DNA from: Antedon mediterranea
Taxonomy: Eukaryota > Animalia > Echinodermata
Assembly (NCBI RefSeq): GCF_964355755.1
Contig: NC_092677.1
Span: forward strand, 11,368,101-11,432,100
Direction of reading: 5' to 3'
Length of the DNA stretch: 64,000 bases
Shown here: one piece after another, positions 1 through 14,100 of the stretch
Layout: the number at the start of each line of letters is the position of its first letter
Position numbering within the stretch: the stretch's first letter is position 1
Notes under the pieces: generated by a model
What the model saw: only the letters and a program-made list of their open reading frames with translations
Databases searched by the model: none
Told to the model about the DNA's origin: nothing
Made by a program: the position numbers and the translations under genes

Positions 1-452
1 TGACTAATTATTTGCAATTTTTGTCTGTAAATTGGATGCACCATTAACTGATAAATGTGTGCCACCGATATAAAGGTGATTCCTATGAATAAACACAATA
101 ACATTAAATGAAAACTATCTTCTTTATGTTCAACCACATTCGTAATTTCCACGTGACTGCAGCAGCTATTGGAAGTTGATTAATTCGTTTCGTCTTCCGG
201 GTCTTTTTTTGAACTTTCTGTAACATTTTGTTTGAAAGTTATACGTTACTATAAGTACTTTCACACCTCACTGCCTAAAGCGTTATGTTTTTCTTTCCAG
301 AAAAACTATTTTATACAAAGCTTTAAAAAAAATCCGAAAAAATCGTCAAAAAACTCTTATAGTTATACATCACTTCAAAATTGCGCTGATATTTTTAGCC
401 TAATTTAATAAACGTATGAAACAATTTAATTATGAATTATTCATTATATGAA

Positions 453-523
453 TTATTCATTAGATAGCCTGCCTTATTCATTAGATAGCCTGCCTTATTC
501 ATTAGATAGCCTGCCTTATTCAT
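453..523. repeat. 21-bp tandem repeat x3
   Basis: (ttattcattagatagcctgcc)3. Confidence 0.9.
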
Positions 524-3500
524 TTGATAATAAAACTAAAACTTACATCCACAGTAATTAAAGAAACTTTCCGATCTGATTAAAAGTGTTTAATTAAACT
601 CAATAAAAACACCAAACTTAATATCGATTTTAAAAATCTTCACAGTGTAAATTTCTCCAATACACTCCAATTAGCGTTATAATAGCTTATACAGCAGACA
701 AGCCTATTTGCTTTTTAAATATGATTTTTAAGAGGCCTAGCGATAAATCATGATTTTTGCAATGTGACTTTATAACATCAAATATTACTTTGAAGTGTGT
801 GACCGTTGCACGGAATGCGGCCAGTTGGTAATTAATATGCGGTAGGCCGGTTACAACATGACTTCTAACATTAAGGGCCTATCAGAATGCATTATCGTTG
901 CCTTTCACAAATGTACGCCACATTATTATGACATTGTACCTTTTTGGAAATTAAAAACGATTAATTACCATTGAAGCGGAAACATAATTCAAAGTAAATT
1001 CGTTAGACCATGGTTAGACACCGTATTTGTGTAGTCTACTCGTTTAAGAAGCGATTCATTATATTTGCCTAGAAAGGCGTAAAATCCATGCCGAGTCTAT
1101 ACTCACTCAAATATAGTCTGCGCAATGGATAGCATATCTAATTTACATCTGTAGTGCGAGGATGAAAGACCTAACATCATGGAGTAAAGAATATTCTTTA
1201 CTCCATGCTAACATCCAAGAAAACTGATTTTCGTTGATAAGTAATAAAACAATTATTTAAAACCTGCTTATAGGTTGTCGGTACACGTTTATTTCGATTC
1301 GTTCAGCACGACTTTCAAAGTAAAACATACGAATATCCATGAACGAATTTTGATCATGAAATTGTCAAAGTGCAAATGTTGGTTTCTCGTTGTAAATTAC
1401 GTCATATTAAAACGCTCGTGGATTCGTTGGTCATTGACCTCTAGGTTCCGACAACCTGTTTATTTCCGAAGAAGACACTGTCTCGTGGTGGGATGTATAG
1501 TATCGCGACATAATGTCGATTACAATGACTAACGCCTGAAATATGATGATGAATAAAAAAATAATAACTCCGGCTCATGAACACGTCTCTTTTGTTCGAC
1601 AATTGCGCAAAATAGATGAGCAAGCGACGGCCTTGTTCTGAACTCACTCGAATTGACATAACTTCGCTCCAGCTCTCGACCACAATAAAAACTAATGATA
1701 TTCCGTAATAATAATTTTCTTATTACATGAATTAATTAAGTGATTTTGTATTATTAAAATGTGTAGTTTAACGAAACTATAATAACCGTGATACGAACTC
1801 AGTGAATGTAATAATATGACATTGTGGCAACCTTTATCTTTATTAAGAACAATCAGACGTTCTAAGTATTATTAATAATACTTTAATTGATATAGTTACG
1901 TACGTTCCAGCCTCTAATGTTGATTAAATGATATAATAATGAAATAGTAACGTTTGTCCGTGTTCAGATGCTAATATTGGTTGTTTAGTTTTCAGTATGA
2001 AATTTTATTTTACAGATTGGGTATTGCTCATGGACACAAGATGGACGACACCACAACATAAACATAGGCTACGACATTGAGTCTTTATAATGTTATTCTG
2101 TATTAAAATCTTAATTTATGATCATCCTCATTTACATAATAATAATAATAATTTATTTGGAAGCTACACTTTTGAAACAGTGGCACACTTCTTGAATGAA
2201 GGTGCGTCCACAGTTAGTAAAATAAAAGTTAGAGAAAATAAATTATTAAAGAATTTCAGTAATGTGGTGTCACTTTTCATAATCGTATACCACTTTTTCC
2301 ATTCAGACATTCCAATTTTTACATAACCCAAAGATGTATTTATAATAATAAATTTGGGGTGAAAACATCACTAAATCTAATTTTAACAGTGGTCATTGAA
2401 AATGCGGTATACGTTTTGTCTTTTAATACTATTTACAGTACAAATGTGTGGCTATTGTTAGCATTACGTGTACGTCGTGTGTGCTGATGAGACACAGCCA
2501 ACTACCGGTTTAGCTTTAAAACAAAATGACAGCTACAATTTGTTGCTAATTCGAAAGGTTGCTGAACTTTCTCTGCCCTCGTTCTCAAACTTGTTACTTA
2601 TGATGTATGATTACATCACACCTTCGATACTATGTAATAGTAGTATATCATGTTTCTACTATGTAACACGTTATGTTGGTTTTTGGTATTCATTAGGCCT
2701 ACTTTGTTAGGTATACTTGTATCCTATATATTTAAGCTTAGAGGTTGCGAATTTTCTTTCTTCTTTTTTTGTTAGAAAGGTTTGCTTTGAATTAAAAGAA
2801 ATTGAATTAATAAAAGTCTTCCCAAATATTGCAAAGTTTTTAATATTTTTCTTCATTATTTTATTTTAGAAAATAGGAGTGAAGAGAAAACCAATACTTA
2901 AGTCATTAGCAAGTTTTATTGTAGCGGCTATAAAGAAACGAACATTTTATTTGGTACACTGATTTAATTGTTTTATTTATGTTTTTAAGGCTACAGACTG
3001 GCCTACATCCAATTTCAAATAAAGCCTCCCTCTGATCTTAGAAGAGTTGAAATATAGGCCTAACAACTAAAAAAAAATATAATAATAATAATATTTATTC
3101 GGTCATCAGTGTAAAAATAACCAGGAATGAGAATAGGCTAAAGCCCAAACAGATTCTGCACTCACTCCATAAATTGAAACTTCATCATTTACTGATTGTA
3201 AAAAAAGGATCAAAATTAATAACGAAGAATTTCCATAATCGACCAAAAATCTTGGAATATTTCTTTCAAAATCTGAAATATGGTGAGATTCCACATTATT
3301 ATATTAATTAATTATGTTAATTATTAATGTTAATTATTATTTATAAATGTTAATTAATGTCTGAGAATGTTATTTAAATAATTAAGAAAACACTTAGCAT
3401 GTATGATGATACTTTACCAGATTTGATCATTATGACAGTTGGTTTTGTTTTAATATGTCTGCATATTAATATGTTTATAACAGACATGATTTACTCTTTA

Positions 3501-4899
3501 GTTTATTATATACAATCTTGAATTATTCTCCATAAACATGATGTCAATCTAAATCAATAAAGTAAATTAAATTATTATATATGACGTCATCAACGGCCTT
3601 TTTATTATTGTATTGTTCAAATAATATTATATCAGCCGAGCAAATTGACGTTAGCTGAAATGATTGCCAATCAAATTAGATAATAATTAATGCTGAAAAT
3701 ATTTTCTCTTCTAATTCATAAATAAATATTGATGAATCGATAGTTTAGCTTGATTTCATGTAAAACCCTCATATTAAAAACAGACTAAAGCATTTCGAAG
3801 ACACACAATAAGAGAATCATTCTTTGAAATTACTTAATTGTTCTCCAACTGGTGTTAAAACATAGAATACAATTGTTTTGTTTTTGCCTTTATGTCTTTA
3901 TCGTGTGTTTCAGAAGAGATGAGAATGGGTATTTGATTACACTGCTTAAAAGACACCCGACAATTAATTACCGAACATAGCGCCAAAAGTATACGCGATA
4001 TAGAAATGTATGTTTTCCTTTTGCCTCAATTGACCTGGTTTATGGTTTAACCATGGAGAAATAAAGTTTAACAAATAATTAATAAAGTGTAATACAATCG
4101 CGGTGGTCGTAACGATTTGGTCAAATTACAAGGGAACAGTATTGTAAGGTATCTAATGGTGAAATCATCTTCACGGGATCAATTTTCGAACCAATCAGTA
4201 ATGGAATTTTGTATTTAACTTGTTCACAGCGGTATTCCTATTCTATAAGTACTCTCATCTGTGAATTCTATTGTGAGAGTAAAGCCTTATTACATAATCG
4301 TCAAAACAGAATGAAGTGAGCCGCGCAAAAAAACTGTCCATATGTAAATTACATTCCAAAGTTTTCTCTCTCTTTTTTTGTCAATGGAAAATAACAGCAA
4401 CAGTAAACATTATTGGTATTTAAAAAAAAAATAATGTCTTACTATTTTCTTTTTAAATCGTATTCGATTAATTATTCGTAGATCTATCCTATACTTTTGA
4501 AACCTAATTTGGAAAATAGCAGAAATTATATTAGTCCAAAGGAAAATTACTGAAAAAATGACAATACTGTATATTAGTTATATGTTCGTTTTTTGTTTTT
4601 ATGATAAAGTTATGTACATCAATACAAAATATTTTAAATCATTATTTTTATAGTAACCTGTATTCCTGGAGATATAGACTACGAAATTTAATTTATTCAT
4701 GTATGCATATATTTTAAATAATGAGGGCGATAACAGGGATGATACAATGGGGTGATTTTGAGGCCATTGTCTAATTACTTAAGTTAAATTCGTTGCCTGT
4801 TGTTATCTGTTCTTTTCAAGAATTATTAAAAGATGATGGGTGTGACCGTGGTGTGACATGTCGAAAACTGAGACATTTCTTAATCACTTTTTTTTGTTA

Positions 4900-5113
4900 A
4901 TTGTAAAAAGCTGTGACGTAACGTCCTTCAATAGAAATGCAACTTTTTCATTGGTAATTAGCGAATAGGCCAATCGGCAGGTCTCTGGTAGATGCATGCA
5001 TTATTGATATCATAAATTGTACATGCGCACTGACAGGTGTTTCAATATCCGTAATTTTTGCAAAACTGGGCGAATTTGAAATCATTCCAACTTAGCCTGC
5101 CCACGACGCGAAG
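4900..5113 (+). promoter_or_regulatory. Putative Sall proximal promoter / 5' UTR
   Basis: Locally GC/CpG-richer stretch before the ATG, with CRE-like TGACGTAA (~4914), GGCCAATC (~4969), TGACAG (~5031) and Inr-like TCATTC (~5082). Confidence 0.4.
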
Positions 5114-5186
5114 ATGTCACGCCGAAAGCAGGCCAAACCCCAACATATCGGGACTGATAGGCCACCAACTGAGACGTTAGAAAACG
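5114..5186 (+). CDS. SALL: Sall coding exon 1 ([24 protein letters not shown]), missed by the ORF track
   Basis: ATG at 5114 in aagATGt context, canonical Sall N-terminal motif, GT donor at 5187. Confidence 0.93.
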
Positions 5187-8100
5187 GTAGGTTGAGTAGA
5201 AAAGGCGAGAGCGAGCAGTAAGTGTGTGAGTGTGAGAACAAACGAGTGTCTAACGAAATGGATTTACCGTGAGCCAAGGGGCAATGCCTGACAGTTCATT
5301 ACTGGTAGTGTAGTTGTTGTTGGGTTTGTGTACATGTTTTTTAATTTTATCTACACGCGAGGACCAAGATATCGTACTGCATTTTTAAACGGATTTTCTT
5401 TTTCTTTTAAAATTAATGTTCTGTAAAAACGTTGTCGTATTTGCTTGTCATATAGTTATAATATATTTACGTATCTAAGTAGGCCTACTAACTAATTATG
5501 TACATTTGTACCGTAGTTATCTTTATCGTAAATATGTTTACTTTAGCTAAGTCTCATACTTAGACATGAGTGGTATTTTCATGGCGTTTTTATGTTCAAA
5601 CCAGAGTAAAATTTTTACAGTAACTAATAACGTAACATTGTTTTTATATGTTAAGGTTCTGTCCAGTTTTTTAAATGTAGGCCTATTTGCCTCATCTTAG
5701 ACATCGTAGGCCTCTCGGTGGAACATTTTAGCATACTGTCAACTCAACTAATCAATGTGGTTGTCTGTGCGCAGTGAAAAGAATTCCTTCCTAATTGTTG
5801 TAGTGTTGTCAACGAACTAAAAATAAAACAGTATAGGCCTACCTTACTTGATATATTTTCTATATATTTTAGCAATTAGATAGTGTTGTTTACTACATTT
5901 TTTGTAAACAAAAGAATTATATGGAGGCAAAGAATGTGCCTATGTCAGGCCATGCTGTAGCCTATGTTTGCACAAGATTAATTACTGTATGCTAGATATC
6001 TTTTTAAAACTAAAGTGTACATTAATTTGTTTTTACTGTTGTTTTACACTCCGATACATATTTATATGATAAAGTAATGTAATATTTATATAAACATGCT
6101 AAGGAAGGAGTTATGAAGAAATAAATTTTTGTTTTGTTTTTTATTAATATTAATAAAATATCTCTTGGCGGGAAATAGTATCACTTGTAAACATTCATTT
6201 TACTGAGGTCATCGCAGACCATTTAAAATTGTTACCCATCATTTTTAATTTTTAATAATTAAAAGATAGTTTTCAGTCCACTTTACAACTAGATTGTATA
6301 ACATTTTTAAACCACATTATTACCAAATATTAAACACCTTTCTGTTGTAAAGATTTAGTTATTTTCTCAAGGAAGTATCATAAAAAGTATTTACTTGGCA
6401 AGAAAAAATTGTTATTCAAAATATATATTATTTACACATTTATGATTTGGTCCCCTAATAACCTTTTAAAATGGCTATTGTTAATGTAAATACATCTAGG
6501 AAGTTTGTTCTATTGAACTCTTTCATACATTTTCTTGTTGTAAGGCTTTTCATAATTTGTATACTATTTTGTTTGCTTTTTATTAGCTTAACTTAAATTA
6601 TAATAATAACGCACTATGACTAATATAGTACACACACCTTTAAAAAGTACTTCTAAAAATCTTTGTAAATTTAGCATTTTTTCTTTATTGCCAAAAATCA
6701 TGGTAATTTTTTCTCATAATGGTAAATAAATCAAGCATTTTAACATATTATCTCGTTTTCTCATAGGCAGATCCAACCAAGGGAGGAAAAGGTAGCATAT
6801 ATCCCTCCACCCCAATCCCCTTCTAAAAACAAATTACAATTAGGCTATTTTTAGGCACCTATCCGCCCTGGACTCGACATGTCTGGAATTTTGAGCATTA
6901 TTAACAAATACAGTATGTTTTAGTTTTTTAGGCTCATCTAAGATTAAGGAGTATAGTACCATACCATATTATTTTAAACATGGACTTTTCAGTTTTTCTT
7001 AGAAGAGTTTTCAGAATTGTTTTCAAACAAAAGGATATATATTGATCAGTCTAATGAATATGCATCATCTTATCACATTATTGTCTCCTTGAATAATTAA
7101 TTGTGAAGTAATTCCAGCATGACTGCACAAGGTAATAAATGCCAATGGTACCAGGGTCTAAATCCTATTCAATTGCTTCGTTCATTATTCGTCAAAGAAT
7201 ATCTTCGGTATTGTTATTTACAAAGGCTAACTCTATTGTTATAATGCTAAAATCATTATCTGTGAATTTGATAATCTCACAACTCAAAGTAGTAGACACA
7301 CAGTAATCTTATTCTTTTACTGCATTACATAACAACTACATAGAAGTAGAAACAATGAAGGGGATGAGTGTATACAAATTCAACTATTAATAACTTCAAT
7401 AGGTCTATCGCCCTTGTATGAACATAATAAGCCTATATAATAAGCCTATATTAAAGTATATATTTTATATTTATTTTAAGCTCTGTCTACACTATCAAAC
7501 TTTATGTGACAAAAAATGTGATGTGCCCATATATGGACATGATGAGGTCATACCACAACCATATTTGGGTATATTACTACCATATTTGGGCACATCACAC
7601 TTTTTTTTGTCAAACTAGTTTGAGACAGAGCTTAAGATATCATTTCTCCTTCTTCATCAAATTTTAGAGCTGCATAACTTTTAATATTTGCTATTTTGAT
7701 TTTTTTTTATTGGTTATTCAGTAAAAATAATGTTAAAAGGAAAAGAATCTCTCAATTTAACAACAACCATTGCATGGTCAAGGAGCTTTCCAAGGTGTGT
7801 AAATGGTAAAACATCATCCTCATACTGGTATCAATAGTTATTTTAAGTAGAGCCCCTCGACAAAAAATTAAAACCTGGATGTGAAACTAACAATATTTTT
7901 ATTTTGCGCCACTTAAAATTGTTGTTACACAGAAAAAGTAATTTTGTAAACAGTTTACTGTTTTAAGTTTACTGTACACCACTGAATTTAACTTTGTATA
8001 CTTTTACATTTATAATGCCATGTTTGTACCTTTTTGAAATGAAAAAAAAATGATTTAACCCAGAATAACTGCAAGTTAAATCTAGTTATAAAAGATACTG

Positions 8101-11100
8101 TTTATATTACAAGTAGTGCTAAATCAGCCAGCAATATTTTTATGGCCCACTTTGGCCCCAGAAGGTTAGAAAGACGCACATGTGCTACTAAAATATTAAC
8201 AAACTGTCTCTTCTAAAAAATGTTGTTTTCATTAAAGCAGTACACTAAAATTTGGAATTTACAAATTGTTTATAATTCATTTCTAGTGAAACCAGATTGT
8301 GGCTTTTGTATATCAGACCGTTTTTACATACTTATAGTATATTTAGTTTATTTTATAGTAGAACATCTATTAGGGGGACACTTACACGACCTAACAAAGG
8401 GTGCGTTCAGGGTTGACAATTTACCCCGGTAAGTTGGTTACTACTACCACCAAAGTTTGCTAAGCCAACTTAGTGGGTAAATTAACTAAGCCTGAATGGG
8501 CGAAAAGTGTCCCCTTAATACGGTTGTCTCCTGAATAGGTGTTGGGGTTAAAATGTTCCCTATGTTGAGGTTCTATAAATAAGGAATTATCGTAACTCTG
8601 TAGTACACTACAGTAGCTACTGTATATCTATTGTCTGATTTTTCTATTTTGAACTCTCCTTTATATTTTATACATATTTATACACAATATTTGCTTTACG
8701 TTGGTTATGTCAACGTACACAGATTGCACTTTATAATATTGTATGCCTCTTCATAACTTAATAATGCAGATGACCATACAATACTATTTGTTAATAATTG
8801 GTATTGTGGCTTCAATAAGAAGCTAGTGTTTATGAGCCTAGCCTACATAATACATGTATTGTGTGTACCTGTTATATTGATTTCTGCATTTAGAGTTGTG
8901 TGGGTGCCATAATAATTGCTTTTTGAGTGTAATATATTGTTAACAAAAAGATGAAGAAACTTCCTTTCCTAATTCATAATTTCCCATACAATTAACTTTT
9001 TCCTTCGTTAAGAACACATTTAAGTTAAGATATTTACTGAATACCGACTGACGTTAGTTGAAAAAATAATTTCTGCATTCAATTTATTTATGATTTTAGT
9101 AATATAATAATTAACATTCTAACATTGCTTGACCGTCGTCTGCTATTGGATTTAAGACTAGCCATGAAAAAGACCATTTTAACATATTGTATACAATTTA
9201 GTATCCAGAGTTCTTTATTTGCCCAATCTGTTTTTTTTTTCTTACTTATGAATAGTAGTTCTCTGTGAACAACCAATTACTCAACCAAGGCCATATTTAA
9301 TAAGCTACTGTTTACCTTATACTAGCATTTGTTTGCTAAGACTTACATCATGAAAAGACAAAGTACTGTCTTAAAAGTACATATTTTTTAAACCTCATTT
9401 AGTGAGAATAATTAAATCTGCCACAAAAGGATAAAAACTTGTACAATGTAGGAATACAGGCCTTGAATTATGTATATCTTGTTAATATTACTAAATGCTC
9501 TATGATTAATTGCGCTGTATTTCGTCATAAATGTCACTATATTTTTACTGTCCATTCATTTTAATTGAAAATTTAACATACTCAGTTCCGCTGTGTGTAG
9601 TTTTACCGATTGAATCGCATACTAGTCTAAAATGAATAAAATAAAATAAGTTGATCCAAATTTATCTTGCGTGTAAATCTACTCATAAGTAGTTTAATTG
9701 CGCCAATAAATGCTATACTCTAGTAATTATAGGCATTTTATTATCCCTGTATTTGTTAGCACTGAAATCATGATGAATATGTCATATGCCCTAATAATAT
9801 CTTTAAATCTGTTTAAAAGTATGAAAATACAGAAGTTGTTCAACAGAATTCTTACTTATTTAAACTAATATATTTTCATTTGTTGTTAAGTTTCCCATGC
9901 TGCGGAGCTGTACACCCATATACTGATGAAAATAAAGCAATTCTTTACTTATTTAAACTAATCGTCTCTGAATTGTTCATCTGTTGTTCAGTTTCTCATG
10001 TTTCAGAGCTGTACACTCTTATTTGTCTTTTAACCTTAAAAAAAATATGAAAATAAAAAAATTGTTTCAACAAAGTTCTTATTTATTTAAACTAATTAGA
10101 TAGATAGCTTTACCCCAAATTGTTGATACTATTTCTCGAATGTTAAATTATTTTGAAGCCATTTTAATTGCAAATATGAACTCTGTGCTTGGTACTTTAA
10201 CTGTTGATTATGCCACAGGCATTCAATTTATGCCCTTCTTTTGAAAGCTTTTGTGAGCGTAAGAAATATTATTTTTCCTTTGGCTCCAAAAGAACGGCTT
10301 GTTTATTCATCTACAGACTGAGAAGAAAATAGAATAGGCATTAATTGTAGAAAATATGTCGTCAGAAGTTTACAAAGACCCTTATAATGCCTCCTTTTCA
10401 ATCTAAGGTTGAATAAACAAAAGCTGATGTCAAAGAATTTTTTGTGAAATTGTTTAAGGCTTATGTTGTATAATGAAAAATTGATCAAGTCTCCAGTGGA
10501 GACCCCATTGTTGGAATCCAAGATTTTTAAAATCAATAAAGTAGTTTGTTTCGCTTGTTAGATTGTACAACATATAGATTTGGACTACAACAAATGAGTT
10601 AGATTATGAAATCTTTCTATTCATACATTGAATTTTGACATAAAAGTACAACCTTATTTTGAGTAGGGGAAACATATTAAGTAACCTCACTATGTTATAT
10701 GTACATACCGTACGACTGGTACCGAAGTAGGCGCTGCATATGTCGTTTTCCTGGTATAATTTATCAAACCTAATTACAGTAATAAGTAATTGCAAGTGAG
10801 AACAGGTTTGAGGTGCAGATGCTTTAACTGCACATATTTAACTATCGTGCTGTTGGATCCATCTTCTTGCTCTGCTCTTACGTCAAGGCAACAGTGTCAT
10901 TTTCTTTTTATTGGGAGGAGAATTACAATTGTTGGAAGAGCTTTGTTATGTTGCATAGCAGCAAATTTTTCAATGGGAACAGATTTTAAAGATGAAAACG
11001 AAAAATGATTAAATTGTTGAAATTTTATGACATTTTTATGAACACCTAAAATAAACACCTGAATAGAGGTTACTTTTTTTTATGCCTTTATTTGTTTCAT

Positions 11101-14100
11101 AAAAAGTGTCCCCTTCGAGTCTCCCAAAAATGTTACTATATTTTATAAAATGGTCCACATGCCTCTTAATAATAATTTGTAAAGTTAACAAGTTGAATAA
11201 CAATAGTGGTTGTTCACGCAGGGTAGATAATTAGTGTTCTGCATGAGGCCAACCATTATGATGCCGATCATTGCTTTGTGCAAACTTAACTTTTTCTGCA
11301 AATCTATTTAATATCGTATTACACTATAATAATACTAAATCATTATATTATAAATATTTATAATGATTCCAATTTTTACTAGAAACTGGTCCTCTGCATG
11401 TCATGTATTTAATAGGGTTAAAATTGTTCTTTAAAAGTTTAGAATATTTTTTTTGCCTATAATTTACTATAACTTGTACATTCAACTAATTTGCAGCTTA
11501 AAAAATGACAATTTATTCAGTAATCTGGAAAAAAAATAAAACAATAGATTATGAGAAATTAAATTTTATATTGGAATATAAGTATATAAAGAAAATTGAA
11601 TAGTCATTTAAATGTATTGTATATCAAATATTAAAGAATTTGTAAATATTTTTGAGTTTTCATAATTGATTACTTAACTTAAATCTATTAAGTTTATAAT
11701 AAAATTAAGATAAAACAATAAAATCTAGTTTGGTTTGATTGAAGTTATAATAAATTTAATTTTTATTCAGTTATAGTCAAGCAGTAACTACAATAAATTT
11801 AGTCTTAATAGAAATAAAAATTATTATGAGAGGCAATAAATTAAATAGAATTTGAGAGAGACTTTTATATAGCAATTTTATTGTTGTAAAAAATTAAGTA
11901 ATATTTCTACAAAGTACAGTAAATACGTATTGCATGACTAAGTATCATGTTGCCATTTTGCACATTATATCATATTAAAATAGTTATTGTTTTAATTATT
12001 ATCTTATTATACAATTTATATCAAATTATTGTGCATGTTTTTGGATAAAAATATATTTTAATAATTTAAAAAAAAACCTAATTTATCATGATTCATGATA
12101 TTGATCTAAATCACTCATTTCCAACAAATTTAAAATTTACGCAAGAAATTGAAATTGTTTTTTAAGCTGTAAATGTTGTAAAAAATGAATTAAATAAATT
12201 GTAATGAATGTAAAAATAATTTTAAAAAGATTAGTTTTTACAATAAAGTAAATTTAATGGATGTGAGTTATAGTAACTTTCGCTTTGATAATAATGTTGT
12301 TTGGTTTCAATATCTAAATAATTGTTATAGTGAAATGCACTATCATAATGTCCTCTCATATTTTACTAAGAACATTATTCCCATAAAAGTCTGTTTTCAG
12401 CATTTAGACTGCAGATACATCTTAGCTGAAATTTATACTGCCCATTTTCAAGAGTATAAAGTAATATCTTTATCCTTTTACATGCCATAAGTCGTTTAGA
12501 TTTGATCGCCAAATTGACAAAATTGCATCGTTAGCAGAAATCCGAAATCATAAATTTTAATTATGACTTCTTTTGCCTGTTATCAATTTCAATCTGATCA
12601 TATTCTTTTTTTTTTCTCTCCTGTCTAATGTTTAAAGTTGGAGAGAACAATAAGTGAACATTTAGAGGGCATATTATATACTGTACTGATTTATATCATG
12701 CAATATTTTACTACCAATACTATCTTTTGCATTGCCTCATCCTGTGTGGTCAAAACTGTACAGAACTGTTAATCATGTGAAACTTACTCGTAACTCAAAT
12801 TTGTTGGTGCAGTTCAAATTAGTATTTATATTACACATTCCATTCAACAAAAAAACTTTGCTAATGAACAGCACTTATGATGGATGTGGACCGAGTAGTT
12901 TAACATGTAGAGTGACATGTAAAGCTCAAATCATTGTGGGTTACAAACAAAGGGTTATGACCTATGACAATAACTGGTTTCCTTTATATGGGGTTACTTA
13001 AGTTCATTGCCATTACTAACACATAATTCTGTTTTAATGATTTTTGGGCATAAATTTTAAAACGCATCTGCTAATAAATTTAACATTTTTACAGTTAAGA
13101 CCTCCAATAAAATATGAAAGTTCTAGTCTTAAAATTAAGTTTCTCTTTTTGTTGATTGTAAGTTGCAAAATATTTTCTTTAGTGGAGAGATTGAAAATGT
13201 TATTGTTTCATTAAAATTGTTAAAAGTTTTAAAAGGTAGGATTTAATGATTGGTTTCCAATTGGATGCAACGCAAGAACATTAGCGTAACGCTTGTTAGT
13301 TGACCAATCACAAGCGACAGTTCGGATGATCCATCACATGGCGATTGGTCAAATTGCTTTTGGTGGGCGTACGTGTTGTATCCAAGTGGAAACCAAACTT
13401 GTCAAATGTAATCATAATTTAACATTTACATTTTTTTAATTGTCTGCTTTTATATTTACAGTATTCTTTTTTTTACATTTTTTTCTGTTTTCATGTACAT
13501 TATTGATGTTAATAACCAACTAAAGCAAAAGTTGAAATAGTGTATACAAATTTTTCACAAAACAAGCAAAATATATTGATTTAAAATGAAAGTTCTCTTC
13601 ATTGACATTAAGAGAATGTAGATTGAATTTGATGTGTTTGTCTTAGTATTTCTATAAAGAAACATAAATAACATTTTTCTGCTTTATTTATGTTTCATTA
13701 CGATAACCCAATAATGTTGTCAGTCATAATTATAGATATCAAACAGAATTTATTTTAACTGAAATACAAATATTTAGATTCATATGAATCATAGATTTTT
13801 TGTTTTTTTAAAGTTATTAAATACTTTTCATTTAGCATCTTTAAAAAAGTATGTATGTAAACAAAAATGCCTCGGCCAAATTTCTTTTTTACTGAATGTA
13901 GTTCATACAGCTGTACAGTATTTTATGTTAAAGACCCCTTCCCTGCAATTTTGGACGTTTTTTGGAAAATAATACATATATATCACTTTAAAAACATTAA
14001 ACCATGTCATTCCTTGTCTTAAATGTACGTTTTATGGTAAATTATGATAAAAAGTGAGAAACAATGCACTACCTAAGTAGCTTGCGGCGATCGACCTCTC

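Noticed and set aside
5216-5223. Stronger-looking donor CA|GTAAGT 31 nt downstream of Sall exon 1
   Set aside because: It is phase 2 and would frameshift exon 2. The phase 1 donor at 5187 fits.
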